Positions 1 to 11,345 of a stretch of DNA of 64,000 nt are shown in pieces. This DNA comes from Macrostomum lignano (taxonomy: Eukaryota), in NCBI GenBank assembly GCA_002269645.1, contig NIVC01001447.1:1-64000 (forward strand), given 5' to 3'. Position numbers and translations under genes: made by a program. The stretch's first letter is position 1. The number at the start of each line of letters is the position of its first letter. Under the pieces are notes generated by a model. The model was not told the DNA's origin, searched no databases, and saw only the letters and a list, made by a program, of their open reading frames with translations.

Positions 1-61
1 ACTCACGCTATTCAAAACACATTCTATTAAATGAATGCAGATTTGACCCGATCGATTTGCA

Positions 62-1926
62 ATGCTGACCTACTTGCTTCGATGCTTCACACCAGAAGAT
101 CGCTCGGTGTGTGCTGCTGACGCCCTCTTGCATAGTCAGCGCAAAGATCTGCCTCCTCTGGCTCCGCAGTCCGGGCAGTTGTCGCGGTACCCCAAGGCCG
201 CAGCATTTGAATGCAACGCCAGCGCAGAAGCTGCCAAGCGTTGAGTTCTACATCCGGCTGCTCAGCACGAGGGCGCCATTCCGCACCGATTTGTTCGGGC
301 CGCAGATCACGCAACTGAGCTGCGGGCCATCCTGCCGCCTGCTGTGGACCTTCTTGGACCTCTGCGAGCAGCGCGGCCTGCCTGCCCTGCTGTACGGCAA
401 CTCTCTGCTGGGCTCCTACCGACACCACGGTGTGGTTCCGTGGGACGACAGCGTCAGCCTGCTGATGAAGGGGGCCGACCAGGGCAAGCTGGCCGACGCA
501 CTGGCTGGGTAAGAATTTCCGGATTGCGATCAAGGCCCTGGGAGCCCGGTTTTGCATGTCAAAATATTGAATTCACTCTGGATAGTTCTCTGGTTTCACA
601 CGTATTGCGTGCTCGACTGGGGAATATAACATACTGCGGAAGTGACAAGAGACACTGACGAGTGACAAGAAGTGAAAGGAGACAAGAAATAGGTGACAAG
701 AGAGACACTAGAAAGCGACAAGAGTCACTGGGAATTGGTTAGACTGGGGAGTGAGTGGAATTCTCTTGTCATTGGGGAGTGAGTGGAATTCTCTTGTCAT
801 TGGGGAGTGACAAGAGACACCGGGAGTGACAAAAGATACTCGGGAGTGACAATCGACACTTGGGAGTGACAAGATGACAAAAGACACAGAGAGAGACACT
901 GGGGAGCGAGTGGAGTCACTGGAGAGTGAGTGGAGTCACTGGAGAGTGGGTGGAGTCACTGTAGAGTGAGTGGAGTCACTGGAGAGTGAGTGGAGTCACT
1001 GGAGAGTGAGTGGAGTCACTGGAGAGTGAGTGGAGTCACTGGAGAGTGAGTGGAGTCACTGGAGAGTGAGTGGAGTCACTGGAGAGTGAGTGGAGTCACT
1101 GGAGAGTGAGTGGAGTCACTGGAGAGTGAGTGGAGTCACTGGAGAGTGAGTGGAGTCACTGGAGAGTGAGTGGAGTCACTGGAGAGTGAGTGGAGTCACT
1201 GGAGAGTGAGTGGAGTCACTGGAGAGTGAGTGGAGTCACTGGAGAGTGAGTGGAGTCACTGGAGAGTGAGTGGAGTCACTGGAGAGTGAGTGGAGTCACT
1301 GGAGAGTGAGTGGAGTCACTGGAGAGTGAGTGGAGTGGAGTCACTGGGGAAGACCTGAACACTGCACAATGTAATCTAAAGGCTGCTCAAATTTTGACCA
1401 GACACGCGGACCTGCGCCTGACTCAGGCAGGCAGCTGGAGAGTGTGGAGCCAGTCTGTCTGCTTTCGGTGGGTCCAGCGCGGCTGCTGGCCCTTCATCGA
1501 GCTGTCCTTTTACAGCCTGCAGGCTGGCCATGTGCAGGTGAGCCAGGCCGGAGAGACCAGCGGGGTGCGCCTCTACCCGCTGGAGCTGACGCTGCCGCCG
1601 CACAAGCGGCCCTTCATGGGCCGCTGGGTGGACTCGCCCAGGGACGCGCTGGGCTTTTTGGCCCTCGCCGCAGAGGCCTCGGCCAGCTGCCGGAGCCTCG
1701 CCTATTCGCACCAGCTGGAAGCCCCGTTGGCCCCGAGACGATAGGCTGCGAGAAGCTCGCGCCGGTGTACCCGTTCGCGGTTCGCGCGGCCGACAGCGCG
1801 CCGAGTTGTCGTGGCGTCCTGGAGACGCTGAAATTTCCCGACAGCGAGCCGATGTACACCGTGGCAGTGAGCGAGCCGCTGGATGCCCTCAATGCCGACT
1901 ACAGCACCCTCAGACTGCGCCAGTGA
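62..1926 (+). CDS. LicD/fukutin-related nucleotidyltransferase-family protein (2 exons: ~62-508, 1402-1926), catalytic motif degenerate
   Basis: LYGNSLLGSYRHHGVVPWDDSVSL matches the LicD motif GTLLGxxRHxGxIPWDDDxD. WPFIELSFY, PFMGRWVDSPRD, CRSLAYSHQLE and CEKLAPVYPFAVR match the invertebrate LicD C-terminus. The GT donor at 509 and AG acceptor at 1400-1401 join in phase (gg|a). AATAAA at 1966. Apparent frameshifts near 240, 310/335 and 1735. The true start may lie upstream. Confidence 0.8.
901..1345 (+). repeat. 20-bp minisatellite (GGAGAGTGAGTGGAGTCACT)n in the LicD intron
   Basis: About 21 near-perfect tandem copies; each contains GTGAGT on the sense strand. Confidence 0.95.
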
Positions 1927-2064
1927 CGGACTGATTGGGGACAGTTTCGCCGCTCAGATTGCACTAATAAATGCCTCAATTCACCTAGCTAACTTGCTTT
2001 AAAACTGTAGTAGGAAAAGCTGATGAAATTAACAACTGATTTTTCTGGTTCATTCATTATCAAA

Positions 2065-2272
<208 letters not shown>

Positions 2273-2744
2273 CGGCTTGAAAAGAATCACTTGACAGAAG
2301 ATGTTTCTGTGACGAGATTACTGTAAGTTATGCATGCCGAAGCTCAATAACCAACGCACAGGCACACAGAGGGTCAGACAGCATTGACAGGCAAACAACA
2401 TTTTGTCCGTAGCTACAGACAAGCAGGCCAAAAGAAAAGCTGGATTTGTTGCTTGCAGCAGAAGCTGATCAGTCAAGACCAATTAGTCCGAACTTGTCCC
2501 GAGCTTTGTCGAGTTCCTTGGCCGGTAGTTTGCCTGATGCACGGAAAAGATTAGCAGTTTTCCATCTTCAGTGCGTGCGCTGCTGTGCAGCAAGATGGAG
2601 ATTCTCTGATAACCGTGCTGAAATTCATTCAGGCAATGGGGAGAGAGAATCTGGTTGTCAAGCCCTTCCTGGCTGCACTGGACAAGTCCAGGAATCTTGG
2701 AGCTTTTCTGGATGCGCCAAGCAGTTCTTTTTGGGTGCCAGCTT

Positions 2745-4134
2745 CCCAGATCCTCAGTTGCTGGGCCAGCCTCCCAGATCCTCAGTTGCTGAGCCAGCCT
2801 CCAGATCCTGAGTTGCTGGGCCAGCCTCCCAGATCCTCAGTTGCTGGGCCAGCCTCCCAGATCCTCAGTTGCTGGGCCAGCCTCCCAGATCCTCAGTTGC
2901 TGGGCCAGCCTCCCAGATCCTCAGTTGCTGGGCCAGCCTCCCAGATCCTCAGTTGCTGCTACAGCCTCCCGATCCTCAGTTGCTGAGCCAGCCTCCCAGA
3001 TCCTCAGTTGCCGGGCCAGCCTCCCAGATCCTCAGTTGCTGGGCCAGTCTCCCAGATCCTCAGTTGCTGGGCCAGCCTCCCAGATTCTCAGTTGCTGGGC
3101 CAGCCTCCCAGAGTGTCAGTTGCTGGGCCAGCCTCCCAGAGTGTCAGTTGCTGGGCCAGCCTCCCAGAGTGTCAGTTGCTGTACCAGCCGCCCAGATCCT
3201 CAGTTGCTGGGCCAGCCTCCCAGAGTGTCAGTTGCTGGGCCAGCCTCCCAGATCCTCAGTTGCTGAGCCAGCCTCCCAGATCCCCAGTTGCTGGGACAGC
3301 CTCCCAATCCCCAGTTGCTGAGCCAGCCTCCCGATCCCCAGTTGCTGGGACAGCCTCCCGATCCTCAGTTTCTGGGACAGCCTCCCGATCCTCAGTTTCT
3401 GGGCCAGTCTCCCAGATCCTCAGTTGCTGAGCCAGCCTCCCAGATCCTCAGTTGCTGGGTCAGCCTCCCAGATCCTCAGTTGCCGGGCCAGCCTCCCAGA
3501 TCCTCAGTTGCCGGGCCAGCCTCCCAGATCCTCAGTTGCTAGGCCAGCCTAACAGATCCTCAGTTGTTGGACTAGCCTCCCAGATCCTCAGTTGCTCGGG
3601 CCAGCCTCCCAGATCCTCAGTTGCTCGGGCCAGCCTCCCAGATCCTCAGTTGTTGGACTAGCCTCCCAGATCCTCAGTTGCTGGGCCAGCCTCCCAGATC
3701 CTCAGTTGTTGTTGGACTACCCTCCCAGATCCTCAGTTGTTGGACTAGCCTCCTAGATCCTCAGTTTCTGGGCCAGCCTCCCAGATCCTCAGTTGCTGAG
3801 CCAGCCTCCCAGATCCTCAGTTGCTGGGCCAGCCTCCCAGATCCTCAGTTGCTGGGCCAGCCTCCCAGATCCTCAGTTGCTGGGCCAGCCTCCCAGATCC
3901 TCAGTTGCTGCTACAGCCTCCCGATCCTCAGTTGCTGAGCCAGCCTCCCAGATCCTCAGTTGCCGGGCCAGCCTCCCAGATCCTCAGTTGCCGGGCCAGC
4001 CTCCCAGATCCTCAGTTGCCGGGCCAGCCTCCCAGATCCTCAGTTGCTGAGCCAGCCTCCCAGATCCTCAGTTGCCGGGCCAGCCTCCCAGATCCTCAGT
4101 TGCTGAGCCAGCCTCCCAGATCCTCAGTTGCTGG
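2745..4134 (+). repeat. 28-bp minisatellite (CCAGCCTCCCAGATCCTCAGTTGCTGGG)n
   Basis: About 50 copies with variant units; explains the overlapping repetitive ORFs in the track. Confidence 0.95.
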
Positions 4135-5162
4135 TGTGATAAATACAATATAAATATATTGCATGCACGATAAGCAATTATTTAGGCCCTAGACAAACCT
4201 ATTTTTGGAGCGTTCAGAGATTTTAAAGCTATTGACCCTAATTGCCTATCGCCGGTCGGCGAGTCCTACCAATCTTTCTCCAATAGTCACAGTACGGTAC
4301 AAGAAAAGAAGGAACACAGGTGAACACGAACCGAATACATGTAGATTTAGAGAGTGATAATCCTATATGAATAAAGCTGATAATGGCTAGACGATTTAAT
4401 TTGATTATTCAGGCTACAGGATTCAAGCAATTCGCGGCGCAGATAATTAGACTGATGATAACGAATAATAACGATTGATAATAATGATTATATTACGCAC
4501 TGACAAGCGGATCTCAGCTTGAAGAAGAAGAAGGAGGCACCGAACACAGGACCACGGAGAAAGACTCCTAACCCCTGGCCTAAGCCAGAACCTACACTCA
4601 AACGAGAGCCCTGCCGAATCGACCGTTCAACGGAGTACCGACTAAGTTCTATCGGCACTGCCCTTCAGTGTGACACTGAGGCCCTCGGGATCGAGGCCGC
4701 GTACTTGATCAGATCCGACAGTCTCTATCTAAACCGCGCTTGATAGCGACGACGTCAGACAAGGATGCCGAATCGTTACGCTACAAGACTGAAGCGGTTG
4801 GGCGGGAACAAAGTATGGACCGGGGTGACGAAATCAAAACGCCTCAAAGCGCGAACCAAAGGGAAACAGGCCACCGGCCGGGAAGCTGGACAAAACCAAG
4901 AACCGGGAAAAGAAGGGGGAAAAAGTGAGATCCGATTGCCAAACACACTTTCATTTATAGTCAGAGTCACAACCCCTCAAAACCCCCCTCAAGCCGGGTG
5001 GTGGTCGTCTGGCCGGCCGCTTGCTTAAGCCGAATTGCACTGTGCCCGCGGCGCCGGGTAGAATTGGAACTTGCCGCGTGCCAGGGTCCAGGCCGGTTCT
5101 GATTGGCTGGCCGCGCAAAGCTGGGGTTCGCAGACAAAAACTCAACCCTCCGCTGAGTCACA
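4135..5162 (-). mobile_element. Probable solo LTR (~1.03 kb)
   Basis: TGTGA...TCACA inverted termini; flanks GCTGG/GATGG (5-bp TSD with one mismatch); on the minus strand a CCAAT box (~5100) followed by TATAAAT (4953-4959); no internal gag/pol. Confidence 0.5.
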
Positions 5163-5904
5163 GATGGCGTCTGACTTCTAGCCTGTTTACGCAAAATTGA
5201 TTCTATCTAACAAGGAAAAAGTACACCAAAAACGTATGACTAAACTAAAGCAAAATAATAATTCAATAACAATAATGCAAAAACTAACTAATAGAATACA
5301 AGGCTATCGCAAAAGATGCTCACACTACACTGGGGATAGCTTCGTGTCAGATAATAACTGAATCCAAAAATTGAAAACAGCGGAATGTTAAGTAAAAGAC
5401 ATCATGGGTTGATTATCATGATTACAGCGAAGACATAAATAAGACATCCCGGATCAGTAAATAAGACTCAATCCTCTCAATTCACGTTAGCCCGGAGGGC
5501 CCAACAAATGACAAGCGAAAACCCCTTTGTCGGTCTCCAATTGGCTGTGCCGCCCTCGCCCCCCCCCCCCCCAACCCGGGTACTTCTCTTCTTCTCCGGG
5601 GCCAGTGAAGTTCAGACTCGGCTCGCAAACTCAGTCGGATCTCTCGTTGCGTTTCGCCTCGGATCACAGCCGGCTGCGGTGGGACCTCCTGCGCGCTGCA
5701 TCGCGAATCCATTGAGTAAGCTGAAGCTGGTCAGCTTGTCACAATTGTGATTGAACATTAGAGAACTGCATGGCCTCACTTTTTTGCTTGTAATTGGCCT
5801 GTTTTATTGCCTGAGCTGGGGTGTTGGTTCTGCTCTTTGCGTAGCGCTTAAATCAGATTTCCAACTTTGTGTTCAAAGCCCAAAATTGCTAGAGAGCTCT
5901 GCAA

Positions 5905-6150
5905 CACGAGGCGCTGAAATCTGGTATTGAGGCGCTGAAATCTGGTATTGAGGCGCTAAAATTAGGTATTGAGGCGCTAAAATCAGGTATTGAGGCGCTA
6001 AAATCAGGTATTGAGGCGCTAAAATCGGGTATTGAGCCGCTAAAATCGGGTATTGAGGCCCTAAAATCTGGTATTGAGTCGCTAAAATCGGGTACTGAGT
6101 TGCTATACAATCGGGTGCTGAGTCCTTAAAACCGGTATTGAGGCGCTAAA
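5905..6150 (+). repeat. 21-bp minisatellite (TATTGAGGCGCTAAAATCAGG)n
   Basis: About 11 copies. Confidence 0.9.
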
Positions 6151-7029
6151 ATCGGCCGGGATGACACGCTGGAAGCCACGTCCTTTACGCTGATCATCCG
6201 TAGTTCCGGCAGCAGTTGCCAAGGCAGGCGCATCATCGGCAGTCAGAGCATTTCATATTTGTTTGTCTCTCCCAGATTAATGCTCATATAATACTTACGA
6301 CTGCTTGCAACTCATTTTGTTCCACAATTGCACAATACACAGCTAGCCTGGGGCCGGCCCCCGGGCTGCTTCATGCATAATTCAATGCCCAGCCACTTAT
6401 GCAGGGTTTGGCTGAGTTTGGGAGAAGGGAATGCAATAGATTAACCAGGCCGGAGTGATCAAGCTTTTAAATCCCTGCCAGCTCACGCCGTTCTCATTTC
6501 CCACGACTCAATGTCTGAGCTCTGCCCATCCCTGATTGATGGGGTTTTTAGTGAGGCCCCGATCCCCGATCCCAATCCTTCTCCCTCTGCCCCCTCCCGA
6601 CCATCTCGAGTTCAGGGACCGAATTAATGATCAGGGCTGAGACCCACCGGCCCTTCGAACATCCGAACACAGTGGAGCTTCGAGCTTGCTGTCAGACCAG
6701 CAGGGCACAGATGCAGTGCGCACAGTGCATGCTAATCATCTGCCTTTTTGCACCTTGGCTTGGGCAGTGCAGCTTCCTGCCTGTTTAGCTGGTGTCAAAT
6801 TGCAATTCAACAACTGAAGGAATTAAGCTTTGTATTTTTAACAGTAAAGTGACAAACTAGTGACAAACTTTGAGTAACCGTGTGGTTTGCCTGAGGTTGA
6901 TTAAGCCATTTTGTTAGAGATGTTAAATTTTGAGACTGGAAAGCAATCCAAACACGATCCTGCATGGGAAACTTCGGTTGTTCCCACCGAATTATTTTGG
7001 CGCTTGTTCTGGTAAACTGCTCATTAGGT

Positions 7030-9283
7030 TGCTGAGATCAATTACTTGTACCCCGGGTGCAGATTCTCTTCAGAGCTCTGAGAGACCAGATTATTTTTAC
7101 TTCAACAACTCCTGCTGAGTGTTCTCTCATCAACTGCTGTCCTCCCGGCAGTGGCCTCTCTGCCGCAGGTGTCCAACCTGGCCATTGCCGGCGTGACAGG
7201 CTGCTGCACCGGCCTCATCCTGGCCCTGCTGCTGGTGCTCGCGTACTTCTGCTTTCGGCAGCGAAGACTGTATAAGTGCATGGCTCAGAGCGGGGACCCA
7301 GTGACTCAGCTGTGAGTATCTATGCGCTATAGGGCGCGCTGAGCTGTTTGATTCACCTTCCTCACAGAGCCCTGATATGTGATTCTAATGACGCACTATG
7401 TAATACGTTTTAGAACTGTCATGTCACACCTTTGACCTGATATTGGCATCTCTTGACTGCCACAGAGCTTCTCCCACAGAGCTTCTCCCACAGAGCTTCA
7501 CCCACAGAGCTTCACCCACATAGCTTCTCCCACAGAGCTTCTCCCACCGAGCTTCTCCCACAGAGCTTCTCCCACAGAGCTTCTCCCACAGAGCTTCACC
7601 CACAGAGCTTCTCCCACAGAGCTTCACCCACAGAGTTTCACCCACAGAGCTTCACCCACAGAGCTTCTCCCACAGAGCTTCACCCACAGAGCTTCTCCCA
7701 CAGAGCTTCACCCACAGAGCTTCACCCACAGAGCTTCTCCCACAGAGCTTCTCCCACAGAGCTTCTCCCACAGAGCTTCTCCCACAGAGCTTCACCGTCA
7801 ACCGAGCCTCTTTTACACACTGCCGAAAAGGTTTCTGATTTTTCCAGCTGGGGTTGTTACCGCAGGGTTTTTCCCACCGAGACTCTCCAGTGGACTAGTT
7901 GCGACTTTCCGCGCAAGTGTCCTATATCTTGCTCATAAGCAAAAAACCACAGCAGACTCTTCTTCTGGCCAACAACTACAACACTAAAGCACTTTAAAAC
8001 ACTTTTGACACTACAGAAAAAGAGGCAAAAACTAATAAAGTGATTTATTTATTTTTATAATATGCTATCGCAGGTCGTCGCTCATGTCGCCCCAGACTCA
8101 GCGCCCGTTAGATAACTCGGACTCGCGCTTGCTGCAGCAACAGCAGCTTCTGTCGCGACCATGTGCTTACGTGTCGCCGAGTCTCAATGGATTCGATACA
8201 GCCTCATTTTCTGGAATCGACGACACGCCATCGGATTCTTCGCCTTTAGCTGGGACCGCAGCCGTGTTTGCCACTATGCGAAGTGGTCACTTTCCACTGG
8301 GCGGCTATCAAGGTATTGGAGAGGACTGGAGTGACTGATTGACTGGAGGAATGAGGGGTGAGGAGGGGCAGTACTGGGGTGACTGACTGGCTGGAGGTAT
8401 GAGAGTTTGGGTAGGGGCAGGACTGGGGGTGGCTGACTGGCTGGAGGTATGAGAGTTTGGGGAGGGCAGGACTGGGGGTGGCTGACTGGCTGGAGGTATG
8501 AGAGGTTGGGGAGGGCAGGACTGGGGGTGGCTGACTGGCTGGAGGTATGAGAGGTTGGGGAGGGCAGGACTGGGGGTGGCTGACTGGCTGGATGAATGAG
8601 GGGTGGGGAGGGGCAGTACTGGGGTGGCTGACTGGCTAGAGGAATGAGAGGTTGGGGAGGGGCAGGACTGGGGTACTGACTGGCTGGAGGTATGAGAGTT
8701 TGGGGAGGGGCAGTACTGGGGTGACTGACTGGCTAGAGGAATGAGAGGTTGGGGAGGGGCAGGACTGGGGTGACTGATTGGCTGGATGAATAAGGGGTGG
8801 AGAGGGGCAGGACTGGGGTGACTGATTGGCTAGAGGAATGAGAGGTTGGGGAGGGGCAGGACTGGGGTGACTGATTGGCTGGATGAATAAGGGGTGGAGA
8901 GGGGCAGGACTGGGTGACTGACTGGCTGGAGATATGAGAGTTTGGGGAGGGGCAGTACTGGGGTGACTGACTGGCTAGAGGAATGAGAGGTTGGGGAGGG
9001 GCAGGACTGGGGTGACTGATTGGCTGGATGAATAAGGGGTGGAGAGGGGCAGGACTGGGTGACTGACTGGCTGGAGGTATGAGAGTTTAGGGAGGGGCAG
9101 GACTGGGGTGACTGTTAGCCCGTAACCATGCGTAACCAAACAATGTTTTGAATTGTGGAGCGGAGCAGAGGCTGCACTTGTATTTGCTGTTTTCTTGCAG
9201 ACAATGGCCGATGCTATTCAGCTGAGGAGGCGCCGCCAGTGCCGAGGCAGTCCAGAAGAATTATTTACGAAGTGGTTGTCTAA
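7030..9283 (+). CDS. Partial single-pass (type I-like) membrane protein; exons ~7030/7169-7311, 8074-8312, 9201-9283
   Basis: TM segment LAIAGVTGCCTGLILALLLVLAYFCF followed by basic stop-transfer RQRR. Introns 7312-8073 and 8313-9200 are GT-AG and phase-compatible. Ends SRRIIYEVVV*. N-terminal exons unresolved. Confidence 0.65.
7466..7795 (+). repeat. 14-bp minisatellite (CACAGAGCTTCWCC)n, intronic
   Basis: About 23 copies. Confidence 0.95.
8330..9116 (+). repeat. G-rich ~47-bp minisatellite, intronic, starting just after the donor
   Basis: Unit GACTGACTGGCTGGAGGTATGAGAGTTTGGGGAGGGGCAGGACTGGGGT, about 16 copies. Confidence 0.9.
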
Positions 9284-9583
9284 GAGCGTCCCGCATGTCA
9301 AGGTCCTCGGGATTAGCAAACATTTTTATACTTTTGCGAAAGTCAATTCAGTTTCGTTTTATTAACTATACATGGTCGAAATATTGGTGCTGGCTGCTTG
9401 TGCAAACATTTGCGCATAAACTACTGTAAATAAGGTGAAAATACTGTAAATTGGCTAATGTGATTTAAGCGAATTCTTGAGGCCATTCAGTTTATTTTTC
9501 TTTTGTAGACCTACGATTTTCGGCATCTGCGTGGAGATTTTGAATTGCTCTGCTAGTACCGTCTTAGCCTATGGCCGTTTGTC

Positions 9584-10562
9584 GTGGTGGTCCTGATCCC
9601 AGTCCAGTCATTAGTATTGGTGGTCCTGATCCCAGTCCAGTCATTAGTATTGGTGGTCCTGATCCCAGTCCAGTCATTAGTACTTGTGGTCCTGATCCCA
9701 GTCCAGTCATTAGTACTTGTGGTCCTGATCCCAGTCAAGTCATTAGTATTGGTGGTCCTGATCCCAGTCCAGTCATTAGTATTGGTGGTCCTGATCCCAG
9801 TCCAGTCATTAGTACTTGTGGTCCTGATCCCAGTCCAGTCATTAGTACTTGTGGTCCTGATCCCAGTCAAGTCATTAGTATTGGTGGTCCTGATCCCAGT
9901 CCAGTCATTAGTACTTGTGGTCCTGATCCCAGTCCAGTCATTAGTACTTGTGGTCCTGATCCCAGTCCAGTCATTAGTATTGGTGGTCCTGATCCCAGTC
10001 CAGTCATTAGTATTGGTGGTCCTGATCCCAGTCCAGTCATTAGTATTGGTGGTCCTGATCCCAGTCCAGTCATTAGTATTGGTGGTCCTGATCCCAGTCC
10101 AGTCATTAGTATTGGTGGTCCTGATCCCAGTCCAGTCATTAGTATTGGTGGTCCTGATCCCAGTCCAGTCATTAGTATTGGTGGTCCTGATCCCAGTCCA
10201 GTCATTAGTATTGGTGGTCCTGATCCCAGTCCAGTCATTAGTATTGGTGGTCCTGATCCCAGTCCAGTCATTAGTATTGGTGGTCCTGATCCCAGTCCAG
10301 TCATTAGTATTGGTGGTCCTGATCCCAGTCCAGTCATTAGTATTGGTGGTCCTGATCCCAGTCCAGTCATTAGTATTGGTGGTCCTGATCCCAGTCCAGT
10401 CATTAGTATTGGTGGTCCTGATCCCAGTCCAGTCATTAGTATTGGTGGTCCTGATCCCAGTCCAGTCATTAGTATTGGTGGTCCTGATCCCAGTCCAGTC
10501 ATTAGTATTGGTGGTCCTGATCCCAGTCCAGTCATTAGTATTGGTGGTCCTGATCCTAGTCT
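9584..10562 (+). repeat. 33-bp minisatellite (GGTGGTCCTGATCCCAGTCCAGTCATTAGTATT)n
   Basis: About 29 copies, highly homogeneous on the right side; open in several frames only because the unit lacks stops. Confidence 0.95.
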
Positions 10563-11345
10563 AGCCATGGTAACGCTGATTTGATGGATATTGACAGTGT
10601 CCAAAAAGACAATAGTTTGGACAAACAAAAGTCAACATGCAGGATGCTGAATGCTTATCATTGATCATTTTCAACTCTAAGAAAGTCTAGCTGCTAATAA
10701 TTGTAAAATTAAACAGTTAACAAATGAACTTGGCCTAATTCCGAAGCGCGGAGACGGGAGCGGATTCGAGTGTACTTTGATTTAAACAAACAGCTGATCT
10801 CGCATTGATGTAAAATTCGATTTAAAAAATTACAAATTGTAAAATATTGTAAAAAAATTATAGAGATTTGTTTATAAAACTTTTAGTGAGCAAGTTAACA
10901 AAGATAATATTATTTCGCCAACAAATTACAGATGAAAAGATCTGATTAAAAGTTTCAAAAATAGTATCATGATAGTTGCAAAGTCAACCAAGCTATAGGA
11001 ATGTACGCAATGCAGACTGGCTTGTCAAAAGCCAGGCAGAGTTTGCGCGGAAGAGTAGCTGAAAGTGCGTTTTTTAATTGGCAAAAAGTGCGGTAAAACA
11101 AATTCGCACCAGTTCAAATAAGTGTTATTGTGCGACGCGAGACTCGCGATGAAACCTATTCAACAAAAGTAAAAGCGATGAAAAATAATTTCGGGCTAAA
11201 TGTGGAAGTCGTGGAGTGTTTTGAAGTTTGGAATTAGTTTTCATGGAAAAGTTTGGTTGTCGGTGCAAATACTATACGCAGGTATAACGCATATGAGGCT
11301 AGCGAGGCATGCATTTCCTGTCTCCGTTTATGACACCTGTTGCTT

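Noticed and set aside
2400-2745. Protein-like stretch (+ VLKFIQAMGRENLVVKPFLAALDKS; - ASGKLPAKELDKARDKFGLIGLD*)
   Set aside because: Could be an exon on either strand, but I could not fix the strand, splice sites or family
9553-10628. Long ORFs (337, 326 and 253 aa) on both strands
   Set aside because: Artefacts of a stop-free 33-bp unit; no splice sites or unique flanking coding sequence; lies past the upstream gene's stop codon
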